A DNA stretch of 64,000 nt from the human T2T-CHM13v2.0 reference genome, Homo sapiens, in the NCBI RefSeq assembly GCF_009914755.1, contig NC_060932.1; one strand, 5' to 3'. Below are positions 16,388-30,410 of the stretch, one piece after another. The stretch's first letter is position 1. Each line of letters begins with the position of its first letter. The notes under the pieces were generated by a model. That model worked only from the letters and a program-made list of their open reading frames with translations, was not told where the DNA came from and made no database searches. The translations under genes were made by a program, and so were the position numbers.

Positions 16388-18008
16388 AGTATTATACTAA
16401 TTCATGAGCCACAGATTGGCAGTGACATAAAAGGGAATGGTTTTTGGCTAGCTATATCATCAGTAGAGTAAACACAAATATTTTCATCTGACCGTAAGGC
16501 AACCGATATCACACATATGGAGAATAGACATACTAATTTGCAAATCATTTGGTCTTGGTTTTATTCAGTTCATGAGTTCTTCACACATTTTTAGTTGTTT
16601 AATTCATGTAGAGCTATCTACTCAATAAGGATTGACTACCTTATCTGCAATAATAGGTGCCCTGCTATGTCTTTCTTCCACATATTTTGTGGATCCTACT
16701 CCTGTTTTTAGTACCATGTAGACATGTAATGAATAGTTGACTTATCACATTTAAACAGATTTCACATCCCTGTATTTCAATATAAAAAATGGTAAATACA
16801 ACTGAGGAAAGTTATAAAAATATACAAGCTGATTATCTGTTTCCTCATAGACAGAAAAATAGTTTATACTTTAAAATTGGACTTTAAATCTGTTGCTTTG
16901 GCACTTTGCAGACACATATATAAATAGTGCCTTGAACATCCCCTTTGCAGTGGCTCTTCTGAAGGTGGTGAGGGAGAGGAGAAGATGGGCAAGGAGCATC
17001 ATTTTCAGGCTACTACTTAATAATTTCTGATTTGATTTATGGTTATTTGTTGGGGAGAAGTAATTCATGACAATCAGCAACCAGGCTTCAGAGGAATGTA
17101 TGGAGGTCTGTTTTGAAGGAGTGTGTGATGAGAAAATGGTAGGCATATGATGATAAGTAAAATTGAGTCTCTGCCTAAGGAAACAATTTTAATGTTGAAC
17201 TATACATTTTGTGCTGGCACAGATGCCTAAGAAGAACATAGAAACTAAAACTAAAATCATATTACATGTACAGAAAATCAGAGAATTAAATTAATTTTAA
17301 TTAAACCATTTCCATTTTTTTCTTTATTCTATAATCTATCAGATCAGTTTCCATATGGGTTTAGAAATTATAACAACTGCAATAATTAAATATTCTACAT
17401 TTTACATAATAAGAATCCTACTTAAAAGTTCATGATATTCAAAGTGGCATTTCTGTCAGAGTAATTTTCTCTCAAAAAGCAGAAAGATTATTGTGAGGAA
17501 CATTTCGCTTGGTTGAAAATGAGAAAATTAAAAGTGCAATTATCTTTCCTTACTTTCAAATTAAACTACCATAGGTATAAAATTGTCAATTAGACAAATA
17601 ACTATAGGTTACGAATTACATTTTGGAGCCCACAAAATACCTAGTGTCATTAAATTGGATTCAATTTATTGCCATAAGTTAAACAGTAGGTTTTTTCTTT
17701 TGTCAGACAAGATTATTTTCTTTACCCAAACATACTTAGAGCAAAATATTTATTTTTCCAATTCTACGTTTATGTCTTATATAGTAACTAATTTTTTACT
17801 ATCATATAGTACCAGGATAATAAAATATGTGAAGTGGGAAATGTTTGTCTGTGTCTTCAATTCTCTATCTCAAATCCCCTCATGGTATCTAGGCTTGAAT
17901 TTTAATCATTCAGTTCTCAAACAGTTTCTTCTCTCTCTCCTCACAACAAACTTACTCCAAGAGAACAATTTTCTCTCAGTCATGTATTCTTTAATATATG
18001 TTTTCTTC

Positions 18009-18014
<6 letters not shown>

Positions 18015-18042
<28 letters not shown>
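18015..18042 (+). repeat. (CT)n microsatellite
   Basis: About 14 CT units. Confidence 0.9.
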
Positions 18043-18046
<4 letters not shown>

Positions 18047-19499
18047 TTCCTAGAAAGTAATTTACATGCAATATCTCAACTGTTTTTTGTTGGTTGAATA
18101 TAAACCTAGTGGGCCAACAGTTCTTTAAAATTAAGCTGCTCTGTGAGCAACTTACTCTTAGTTAAAACTTTTAAAACTGTCTCTCAGCAAGCTGTACCCC
18201 AAAGTGTCTGGAAATACCCAGATGTGTAGGCACATTTTCCTGGGTTCTCAGTACCAAGTGCTATGGTGGTATGTGGGTGTGTGTGTCTGTGTGTGTGCAT
18301 GTGTATGCAAATCTTTGTATACTCATGTGAATTAGACTTAGACTGGCAGCTTTCAGCCCAAGCTCTCTCTCCTTTTTGACACATATATAACCCGACATTT
18401 TCTTGCACACTGTCTTTTTTCATAATAAGAAATTTACACTTGAGGAAATACACAATGAGCTCATTCTTGCATTTTTAAATTTCCAGTCAATGATGGGCCC
18501 TTCAGTTTTTAAAAGAAGGAAACGCTTCTTTCTGTTTTCCCCTTTCTGGGCATTAATTAAAGTGAAATTTATCATACAAATGTGTGACTATTTGTACAAT
18601 AAGAAAAATTGTGTTGAAAATACCACATTATTTGAGATAAGATATTAACACATTAAATATTAAGTTCATATTAAATATGAGGTTCTGTGAGGTGAATTTT
18701 TAGTCTTTGTTCTTTAATTTGGTTTCATTGTTTGCATAATGTTTCATGTTCTTTTCTCTCTTAAAAGAAATTACCTTGCATCTAAGTCTTTAACTGCAAA
18801 AAACGTATCTATTTTCTACGTTTGTGTATCCATTAGAAATATGTGCAATCTTACTTCAGACCTGGAAAGATATAGACTGTTAACTTTTCAAATGTTTGAC
18901 TTAACTTGGCGTCTCCTATAGCAGCTAGCACAAAATCTCCTTTCAATAAATATTTAAGAATCAAAGTATTGAAAGATGAACCTTTTATAGGTGTGAAATA
19001 TAGTGTTCATCTAGTAAATGAAACATATGTGAGCTAAGTGATAATAAACCAAAATTTATGACCATTTAGCTCTGAAATGTGATTTTACACTTAAATTAGT
19101 TAATTCAAAAGCCTGTAACAAGTGGCATTGATCACCCACTAAAGGATTAGCATGTGGTATTCAAAAAGGAATAAGACCTGAACTATGACCTAATGGATCT
19201 TCAACCTAATAACAGAAAAAAAGTTAATAAATTACTATTATAAAATTATATGCCACATAAAATCTAGAATAATGTAATATGGGTATTCAGGGGTGATAAA
19301 AGAATACCTTAAGTTGGCTTTGACACTTAAGAGATTAGAAGTATTTTCTCTTGATGATATTTCAGGTATATATTTTTTTAATATCCCTATTTTTTCCTGA
19401 CTTTCAAAAATAAAAAAAGACATCTCATTATATTCAAGTTGAGATGAGCAGAAAACCGCAACATTTGGTAAAACACATCCATTATTCACAGTACAGAAA

Positions 19500-19688
19500 C
19501 ATTTCAACATAATAGCAAAACATTGTTTCAACATGTAATCAAGGTACATTATTAATGAGATATTATATATTCAATTTTTTATTAAGCCTTTGAAATCCAA
19601 AACTATGTATTTTACACTTACAGCACTCCTCAATTTGGTATGCTCAATAACTACATGTGGGTGATAGAAAATATTGGACAACATAGCA
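19500..19688. mobile_element. MER33-like hAT-Charlie fragment
   Basis: TTTCAACATGTAATCAA...ATTATTAATGAGATATT...TTTTACACTTACAGCAC...GCTCAATAACTACATGTGG...TATTGGACA. Confidence 0.75.
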
Positions 19689-20299
19689 CTATATAGAGTA
19701 AATATTTATTAATTTCTTTGTGTTTTCCAGAAGTCATAAATAACTAGAGTTTAAAATATGCTACAATCTTTTTGTTTTTGTTAATTTACAGTAATGACTA
19801 GTAATGTTTTCTGCTAGGCTCTTCAGCTACAAAACCTTTATGGCCTTTATGAATGTCCTAGGTACTTTTTAAACTGTTATATAAATACTTTGTTTTCATT
19901 TAGTCAATTATGATTTAAATTTTACTTCAATTTTTTAATACTCAAGTTTTTCCTTTGATTTCTTTTTTGGCCTAGAGTATTTAGATATGTGATTTTTAAA
20001 TTTCCAACTATTTAAGGGTATTTTATTTATTTATTTTTAACTTTCAGTTTAAATCCATTGTGTTCTAGAAATTATACTTTCTATGATTTGAATCCATTTA
20101 AATTTATTGCGACTCTTTTAATGGCTTAGTATATATTCTGTCCTGTAGAGTAGTCCATGTGAAACTGTGAAAAATGTGTATTTGTAGTTTGGAGAATTCT
20201 ATATATGTCAATTAGGTCAAGCTAATTGATAGTATTGTTCCAGTCTTCTACATCTTCTTGACTTATTGTCTAATTATCCTATCAATAATTGTGAGATGG

Positions 20300-20485
20300 T
20301 CAACCATTGTGGCTCACAGCTGTTGTCCTAGCTTCTCAGAGGTTGAAGAGGGAGGATCGTTTGATCCTAGGAGTTAGAGGTTACAGTGAGCTATGATTGT
20401 GCTGCTGCACTCTCCAGCCTAGGCTTAAAAGTGAAGTGAGACCCTGTCTCTAAATAATGATAATTGTCTCTAAATAATAATAATG
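20300..20485 (+). mobile_element. Free Alu monomer (FRAM/FAM-like)
   Basis: Single arm GGAGGATCGTTTGATCCTAGGAG...CAGTGAGCTATGATT...GAGACCCTGTCTC; degenerate TSD CTATCAATAATTGTGAGA / CTATCATTATTATTCTGAGA. Confidence 0.75.
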
Positions 20486-21280
20486 CTATCATTATTATTC
20501 TGAGAATTGAAATCTCCAACTTCTATTGTGGGGTTGTCTATTTCTCTTTTCCATTCTGCAAGTTTTTGATTTATCTATTTTGAATCTCTCTTTTTAAGTG
20601 TGTATACTTTTATAACTTTTATATATACCTGATTTGTGACCACTTTATCATTATGGAATATCCCTCTTTGTCAATAGGAATATTTGTCTTAAGTCTATTT
20701 GGCTGATAGTAATATTAAAGTTACTCTTCCGTTTGAGATTTACATAGTTTACTTTTTACACTCAATCTATTTTGTTATTGAATTGAAGTCAGTTGTTTTA
20801 CATAACAGCATATAGTTAAATCTTGGATTTTTATTCAGTTTAACAATCTATGCTTTTTAATTGAGGTGTCTAAGCCATTCACGTTAGTGTTATTATTTAT
20901 ATAAGTGGATTTATGTTTGCTATTTTGCTGTATGTTTTCTATATATCTCCTTTCTTGTCCTTCTGTTCTTATTTGACTACTCTTTTGTGATAAATAATTT
21001 TAAGAATATCATTATAATTCTTCTGTTATTCACTTTAACTGTATATTTTGGAGGTTTCTTTATTGGTTGATTGAGGGATAATAATAGACATTTTAACTAA
21101 TCACAGACTACTTCAGATTAATACTACCTTAATTCTAGTTAAATATGGAAACCTGTCCAAATATAGGCCTGTTCCTTCCCTCTCCTTTTGGATATTATTG
21201 TCACATATACTAATCTTTATATGATATGCACCTAATAATACATTGTCACAATTATTCACATATGCTATCTTGTATTTTTA

Positions 21281-21613
<333 letters not shown>

Positions 21614-22384
21614 TCATATTAACCCATATATTTACCATGTCTGGTGCCCATTCATATTCTCCTTTTGAAATTGAGTTACAATCTGAAGTCATTCTATTTC
21701 ATTTTATAAGACTTCATTTAGTGTTTTGGGTAAGGTGGTCTATTAGTAATGAAATCTTTCAGTCTACATATGACAATGCCTTTATTTTACTTTCATGTTT
21801 AAAGAATGTAGATTTTTGTTGGATATTTTATAGATATACATATATATATGCACAAACATATAGATGTATGTATATATGTTCATTTGTCCTTGGTTCTCAG
21901 GTTTTGGGATTTTTTCCTTTTTTTCTTCCAGCACTTTAAGTATGCCTTCTGGCCTCTGTTTTACTTAGAGCAAAAGTTGGCTATTAATTTCACTGATGCT
22001 CTCCTGTGCTTAATGAGCCCATTTTCCTCTTGCTGCTTTTAAGATTTTGTATTTATCTTTGGTCTTCAACAGTTGACTATCATATGTCTATGTATGGTTC
22101 TTGGATGTGGAGATTGTTCTTATCAAATTTGGGAAGTCTTCAGTCATTATTTCTCCTGATTTTTTTCTCCCTTTCTCTACCTTCTCTCTTTATGTAATTC
22201 CCCTTACACATAAGTTGGTACATTTTATTGCTACTTCACAGGTCTCTGAGGCTGTCCTTATTTTTCTTCAATCCTTTTTATTTTGTTCTTCAGATTGTAT
22301 AACTTCTATTTATTTGTCTTCAAGTTCACTGATTCTTTTTTTCCTGTCAATTCAAATTGAGACTCTCTCATGAATAATTTTTGT

Positions 22385-22582
22385 ATTTATTATTGCTATA
22401 TTATAGCTGTATATTTTGGGGGTATATGGAATTTTGATAAATGTAGACAATGTGTAATGATTAAATCAGGGTAACTAAATGTCCATCACCTCAAACGTTT
22501 ATCTTTCTTTGAGTTGTGAACATTACAATTTTTCTGTTCTAGCTGAATTGAAGAATACAATAAATTATTGTTAACTACAATT
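22385..22582 (-). mobile_element. L1MA 3'-end fragment
   Basis: ACAATGTGTAATGATTAAATCAGGGTAA...CCATCACCTCAAAC...TACAATAAATTATTGTTAACTA. Confidence 0.75.
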
Positions 22583-23522
22583 CTATTAATATTAGCATAC
22601 TTTTCAACTTGAGAAGTTCCATTTTCTTATTTTTCATAATTTTTGTCTTAATTGTTGTGTTTTTTCTTTAATTCTTTAAACTTGGTTTCTCTTAGTTTTT
22701 TAAATACATTTGTAGCAGCTGTTTAGAAATGTTCATCTATTGTCTATTAAATTCACAATATGAAGGACACTCAGAAATTGATTCCATGAACAATTTTTAT
22801 CCTAGAGTATGGGTTACACTTTCCTGTTTCTTTGTCAACTGAATATTTTAGATAACATGTTGTAGCAACTGCGGATTTGATTTCCCCACTGATACCTCTT
22901 TTTTGTTGTTTTGTCTTTATTTCTTTGTCTAGTAACTTGTTAAACTAGATTTATGAAATTAATATTTCTTGAAGTGGGTTACTGCTGATATACTTGTTCA
23001 GATTTTTGGAAAAAAATATTTTTTGTTTTATTTTTAAACCTGGCTTCATATATGTCAACCCTCTGTGTTTTTAAATTAGTAGTCAGTTCGACAGTGATTT
23101 GTGGTCAACCATTATAAACTAGCAAGGCTTCTTTCTAAAAGATCTGTTAGGAAACACATTGAGAGTTCAGGCCACCTTTAAGTCGTCTTAGCTGTTACTT
23201 TCCATTGGGCCCTTTTGAATCTTGTATTCACATGTGTACAAGCCAGGATTGGCCAGGAATATGAGTCTGACTTAGGCTTTCTCCATTCTTGGTTGCACAT
23301 ATACACAGACTGAGACACGCATATGCTTTTCCCAGTCATGCAACTTTTGATGATTAGAGCTGTTGGCCCTTCTCACTTTCTGGCCTCAAAGTTGTCAATT
23401 CCAGCAACAATGGCACTGGGCATGGATGTAATACACCACTTCAATCAAGTGTGTCTACTTCCAAACAACAGAAAACTTAGTATTCCTATGGCCTTCTGAG
23501 TTCTTATAGAACCTCCACATCA

Positions 23523-23877
23523 GGGTAAAGAAAATGTGGTATATATACACCATGGAATACTACTCAGACAAAAAAAATGAAATAATGTATTTTTCAACTT
23601 GGAAGGGGCTGGAGGCCATTATTCTAAGTAAAGTAATTCAGGAATGTAAAACCAAATACGGTATGCTCTCACTTATAAGCAGGAACTAAGCTATAGGTAC
23701 GCAAAAGCACACAGATTGGTATAATGAATACTGGAATCTCAGAAGCAGAGATGGTGGGAGGAGGATGAGAGATAAAAAACTGCATATTGGGTACAATGTA
23801 CACTACTTGGGTGATGGGTACACTAAAATCTCCGACTTCACCACTACAAAATTTACCCATGTAACCAAAAACCATTG
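23523..23877 (+). mobile_element. L1PB3/4-like 3'-end fragment lacking poly(A)
   Basis: AAAGAAAATGTGGTATATATACACCATGGAATACTACTCAG...CATATTGGGTACAATGTACACTACTTGGGTGATGGG...CATGTAACCAAAAACCA. Confidence 0.85.
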
Positions 23878-24468
23878 GTTTGGAAAGCTGATTTTTTAGG
23901 AATAATGTGAGCCCTAGAATGATGTTATGTTTTTCCAGAGACTACTTGCTTTTCTTCTCTCAGTTGCCCAGGTAGAATAGCACTCTGGATTAAAATGAGC
24001 TGAGGTTGCTTTGATATCTTGCTTGTAACCCAAGTGTACACCAAGGTTGGAGTGCTTTACCACTGTTTTCTCCTGCCCTCACTTCTTTGTTAGAACAAAT
24101 CTTGTTGTCTTAAATCTTTGATGGAAGCAAGAGTGCTGCTCAGCCTCCGGGTCTCCTACCATTCATTCTTGGAAATCATCTAATTTTCAAGAGTAAAAAA
24201 GTGGCCCCAAACGTTGCACTGAAATCCATGACCTTTTTATGGAACAGTTGTTTTCAATTACTTAGTATCATTATTAAGCATTTTTTGTTTAATTTTAGTC
24301 ATTTTCATTTTAAGCAGTATGTTTCTCTTTTTAATTCAATTTTCTTTTGTATGCTTGCTATTTAGGTTATTATTTGATTTGAGTGTTAGGCATCTAGTTT
24401 TTAATTCTACTAATAACTATCTGTGCACTTGTAGTGATTATAGTTAACATATATTTATCCAATGATGA

Positions 24469-24825
<357 letters not shown>

Positions 24826-25382
24826 TAACTGCTCTTGAAATCTACCTATTTTCCACTGTCTAGAGGACTGCATTGTTTTAATCTGGACTTGTAGAAAATG
24901 TAATTACACTAACATTTTCAAAAATATTTCTTGGATTTTGCCTTTAAGTTTGCTTTCACATCTGTAACAGTTCTATTTTGCTTCATAAGTTTCACTGGTC
25001 TCGTTTCTTAGTAGTCCTTTGATACACTGATTTTCTTGTTTCAAAAGACTTAAACATGTAGATAAACATTCTATATGCAGACAAGTTTTCATCCATGCAT
25101 GAAAGCAACAGTGAGATAATTTTACATATGCAATGATGCGAAGAAAAAAAAAGCACTCATGAGCTCCTCAATAATAAATATAGCTGTTAATATGCTTAAC
25201 CAAACATATTGTATGTGGATGTATTCATTCATGTTATTTTTTTTTTCAATTCAGTGATGAGCTGTGAATATTTACATCTGTCATTAAATATTTTTCCAAA
25301 TTATATTTTGATGACTATGTTGGATCAAGGTGCATAGACACATCACAATATATTTAACTATTAATTTATAAAGTAAGGCAAA

Positions 25383-25597
25383 GGAGTAGCTAAGCATGTT
25401 GGCTCCAGGGACCTGTTTACCTAGTGTTGAGTCCCAGCTCTGCAAGTTAGTAAAAATATGAGTTAGTGGGTAAGTAACAGATTCTCTGTTCTTTTTATAA
25501 GAATATCTACTTCATGGTGTTACAAGAACTAAATAAGTAAATATATGTAAAGTTCACAGAAAAGTGCCTGGCAACTAAGAAGTAATAATGTTAAGCT
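25383..25597 (+). mobile_element. MIR
   Basis: TTGAGTCCCAGCTCTGC...TATCTACTTCATGG...TATGTAAAG...AGTGCCTGGCA. Confidence 0.7.
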
Positions 25598-26329
25598 TTT
25601 CATTTCTCACTAAGCATATTGCTGCCCTTAGGCTATCAAATTAGAGTATCTCGTTCTTATAGTATCTAGCAGAAATTTCTTAAAATTTCTAGACCATTCA
25701 TGAATGGCATTCTTCCTTAGTGCTTATGCTGATTTGATTCCTATTTTTTTAACATTATTTTGACCATTACAATGAAAAATGTTAAATGTGTGTGTGTTCA
25801 TATCACCATCTCATCTGAAAGTCTGCCTTAGCCTAGCTTGCATTTAAGTAGTTCACCATTTTTTAAATGTCCTATCATTTTCCACTGTTATTTTTGGAAT
25901 TCGATGAGATTTTTACTTTTAAATAGGTCATCAGTATATCTCCTTCATTAATAGGCATGTGCTTATTTTGAATCGTGACACAAATTGTAATCTTACATGC
26001 CAATTTTCACTGAGGCTTTTCTTTAGAAAATGTTAGTCTGGGGTAGAATGCAGTACATTGAACTAGGTTGAAGTGAAGAAATTTATCCACCCAGTTGCAA
26101 GTTGAACCCAGTTTCAGGCAAAATATTAACTGTGGTACCCTCAGTTCCTATTGAAATTATATTGCCTTTTTTTGAAAGCAAAATGAGGTTAGTAATATAT
26201 AATGTACATTTTTAAAATAGAGAAATGAATTTCATGAAGAAGGAAAACATTAACTAGAAATCTTCCACTCAGATGAAACATGATCCTTGACATTTAAAAT
26301 GTTTTTTTATCATATTATGTCATATTATT

Positions 26330-26460
26330 TTATTCATTCACCCTGTCTATAATTGTTTATCAGGCACGTACTAGATACCAGACCCTTTTCTTGGTATTAG
26401 GGACCTAAAAAAAAGTTAAATAAAATAATACCACTATGCTCATGAAGTTTACATTCTAAT
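26330..26460 (-). mobile_element. L2 3' end
   Basis: TTATTCATTCA...TTTATCAGGCAC...TGCTCATGAAGTTTACATTCTA. Confidence 0.6.
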
Positions 26461-26994
26461 CGTGACCTCATGTCCAGATTTTCACAGGGGGGTTTTGCTT
26501 CCTTCTGTTTCATTCCCAGGTTCTGAATCTGGCTGACTCTCCAACTGACTCATTTTTGTTTGACCTGTTAGTATTCTTTTACAGCCATAATGTCTGTTTC
26601 CCCAGAGGCAATTTCTCTATGATTAAAAAAAGGTGACATATTTGGAGCTTGTCATTAGACTTTTTGGCATAACATATCCATATTTTTCTTTCTAGGGGGT
26701 TGAGCTAAAGTACCTGTAAAATTCTTATATGTAATAAAAGTTGGTTACTTGTTTGTTGAGTGGTATTGGATAAAATTGATCTTCCAACAATGCACAGCAT
26801 AAAAAAAAACTGTAATGAGAATATTTGTGAAACCCAAGGTCGGCATTTCTCTATAACTATGTAGAGAGATAACATGTAAGATTTTGTTTGAATACAGATA
26901 CATAGGATTTTATGGGATATTTTCATCATTTATGATAACAAGAGGAAAAATATTGAAGATCTGGGATGTTTTTGCAGTATAGATTTTCTGGTTA

Positions 26995-27880
26995 ACATAT
27001 ATATATAAAATATATATATTCTAGTATATATAACATATATAAAATATATATATTCTAGTATATATAATATATATAAAATATACATAATAGTATATATAAT
27101 ATATATAAAATATATATATTCCAGTATATATTATATATAAAATATATATATTCTAGTATATATAATATATAAAATATATATTCTAGTATATATTATATAT
27201 AAAATATATATATTCTAGTATATATAATATATATAAAAGATATATATTCTAGTATATATGATATATGTAAAATATATATATTCTAGTATATATGATATAT
27301 GTAAAATATATATTCTAGTATATATGATATATGCAAAATATATGTTATAGTATATATGATATACGTAAAATATATATGTTATAGTATATATGATATATGT
27401 AAAATATATATGTTATAGTATATATGATATATGTAAAATATATGTTATAGTATATATGATATATGTAAAATATATATGTTATAGTATATATGATATATGT
27501 AAAATATATGTTATAGTATATATGATATATGTAAAATAGATATGTTATGTATATATGATATATGTAAAATAGATATGTTATGTTTACATGATATATGTAA
27601 AATATATATGTTATGTATATATAATATATATATTCTGGTATATATATAATATATATAATATATATTATATATATATTATACATTATATATATAATATATA
27701 TAATATATATTATATATTATACATTATATATATAATATATATAATGTATATAAAATATATATAATATATATTTTATATATATTATACATTATATATATAT
27801 AATATATATAATATATATTTTATATATATTATACATTATATATATATAATATATATAATATATATTTTATATATATATAA
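26995..27880. repeat. AT-rich minisatellite (~31-35 bp units) grading into a (TA)-rich array
   Basis: Repeated ATATATAAAATATATATATTCTAGTATATATA and variants TGATATATGTAAAATATATATGTTATAGTATATA, then TTATACATTATATATATAATATATATAA units. Confidence 0.95.
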
Positions 27881-28514
27881 AACAAAACACAACATCCAGA
27901 AGATTCAAGATTAAAATGAAATGTCAAGTCAGGGGACAGGCGTGAATCTGGATGTATCTATAAACTTGCATGTAATAGATTAATCATTAAAGTTAGAATA
28001 TCGTCATGGATAACCTCTGTCCCCAAAAGAACTACTACTTACTATGCCATTTTGCTATTCTGCAAGTAATTTCACTCACTGTAGCCGGCATATCTAGGCA
28101 CAGAATTATCAGAAAAATATCCTGATTGGAAGTGAAAGTGCAAGCATCTTAAGATGTGATATATTAAAATGAAAATTTTCTCTTTCAAGAGAAAGGTGAA
28201 AGAGATTATACAATTAATATAGTTGTAGGTTTCAGTGAAATCCTGGAATGAAGCTGAAAAGTGATGACAAATAAGGCAAGTAATCCAGGTTTTTATCCTG
28301 GGTCTGGCACAACTAGACATACAATCCTAATAAGTCACCTAACATTTCATTTCAAGACTTCATGGTTTTACTTATTAAAGAGAATTGTGATTAGACAACC
28401 TATGTGGCCACTTCTTCTGCCTCTAAAACTCTAAAAACAGTCTTTCTCATCTTCTCAAATTGTCTTCCAGTAGACACAATGTAAGTATTCCAGATTTAAC
28501 TTTTAAAATTATCT

Positions 28515-28652
28515 TTTTGCACAAAAAGTAACTGTGTGAGATAATAGATATATTAGTCTGCTTTACCATAGTAACAGTTTTACTATTTATATGTATCAAC
28601 CTAATATTATGTCATAAACCTCAAACATACACAGTAAAATTTATTTTTAAAA
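28515..28652 (+). mobile_element. L1MA 3'-terminal fragment
   Basis: AAAAAGTAACTGTGTGAGATAATAGATAT...ATAGTAACAGTTTTACTAT...AACCTCAAACATACACAGTAAAATTTATTTTTAAAAA. Confidence 0.75.
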
Positions 28653-29849
28653 ACAAGATACTAGATACCTAATGAATTGATATATTGTAGAAGATAGCAT
28701 TTAACAGAAGAGATTTTAATAGAACTCTGATATCTGCCAATTTGAGCCATGTATAGTCTGTATTTCACAATCTATATACTTGAAAAATTTTCTGAATGAA
28801 TATGGGCCATGGTATTTTTTGGCACACAAAATAATTATACTGATTGAAATATTCATCAAATTATAATGGTAAGAAACTCATTAAATGCAAATATCCAAAT
28901 GTATATACTCAAAGCCCCTAGGCCACAAGATTATGCCCTTATTACCCTTTTCCTCTCTAGATCCCCTTCCTCCTTAAGTGATAACATTAAGTCACATACC
29001 TGGAATTATTATTTATTCACCAATAATCTGAACTTTGACTTTTCCCTAAATTGTATAAAATCAAAAAACATTTCTCAGAAGAAATAGTATGGAGCTAAGT
29101 CTTCAAAAATTAGTAGAGGTTAACCAAAGAAGAGAGGGACTCTGAAGCAGAAGAATCAGAATTTGCAAAGGCATAGAAAAAAACTCAATTATTAAAACTA
29201 AATTTAAGAAATCGATGTTGTATGGGGTTTTCCCAAAAACTAAATACAAGTTATGGAAAAAATTAAACACTGAATGAAAGTTTTTGTAAAATGCAAGTTT
29301 AGATTACCAGCTCATTTGTAAAACATATAGATTTAAAATTGTCGTGATTTAATTAAAATGATTTCGTACTTCCTGAGTATATTTTCTTAAATGTGTACAA
29401 ATTCTGCGCAGAAATACACTTTTAATATCATCCTTAAATAAATCTTAGTCATCATTCCTGATCATACTATAGATGCTGCTCTTACTGGCTTGAATTCAAA
29501 CACGTATGATTAGTCAATATAACCAATTCATTGCCAGCCCTAATGTTCATTAACTTAATCTCATTTTTTTGCAATGAAAAACACCACCTACTCTGCTGCC
29601 AGGAAACTGACTCAATCTCATTTATATCATGCATTCCTTTTAATTGGCCTTCTCTCTCTAGATAGATGCCTGTGACCCAAGCAGTAAATGCCCTGAGACT
29701 ACTCCTTCAGGTCATAACCCTTTGATAACTTATTTCTTGAAGCAATGTATCCCAGCACAACAAGGTTTATTGCTTAAGCACATGTACACCTATATGTTTA
29801 TTCACTTGGTTCTACCCAGGGAATCAGATTTTACTACTTTTCTGCTCAA

Positions 29850-30410
29850 AGCACACCTACGACTTTTTATCACACCTAAAACCACATACATATTATTTCC
29901 CTGGCTCTTAAAACCCAAGTGGCTACTAGGTGCATCTGATCCTTTACCACAACCCTGCTGGCTTTCTTGAAGTTCTTCAAATACACTGCAGCCCAGGGCC
30001 TTTTCACTTTCTACTTTCTCTGCCTGGATGCTCTTTTCTCAGATATTCATTGGATCCATTCTCTTACTTCATTTAAACCTCAACTTCAATGTTAGTTCCT
30101 CAGAACTAACCTTTGCTAACCACACTATTTGAAATAGACAGTGAGTCTCTTTCCAGTCTTTCTGAGTCTCTTCCAGAGGCTCCTTCTGAGTCTTTTTGCA
30201 GTCTTATTTGCTCTGCTCCATTTTTCTTAGAATTTGTCACAATCTAATATTGTGTTTGATCCTTTGTTTATTGCCTCTAATCCTCACTGAAATATAATAC
30301 ACTCTATAAAGGAAGACACTGATTTCTTCAATAGTCTAGCCTCAGTGCTTAAAACTATGCTTTGTATGAATACACAGTAAGAATTCAATAAATATTTGCT
30401 GAATGAATAT
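29850..30410 (+). mobile_element. L2a 3' region
   Basis: CAGGGCCTTTTCACTT...CTCTGCCTGGATGCTC...TTCAATAAATATTTGCTGAATGAAT terminus. Confidence 0.8.

Noticed and set aside
17583-18053. 156-aa ORF in unique DNA
   Set aside because: TTG start, F/L/S/I composition typical of AT-rich noise, ends in a CT microsatellite, no recognisable domain.
26995-27640. Regularly spaced ~33-bp repeats resembling a CRISPR array
   Set aside because: No unique spacers, no cas genes, and the context is primate DNA.
27345-27683. 112-aa Y/I-rich ORF
   Set aside because: Translation of the AT minisatellite.
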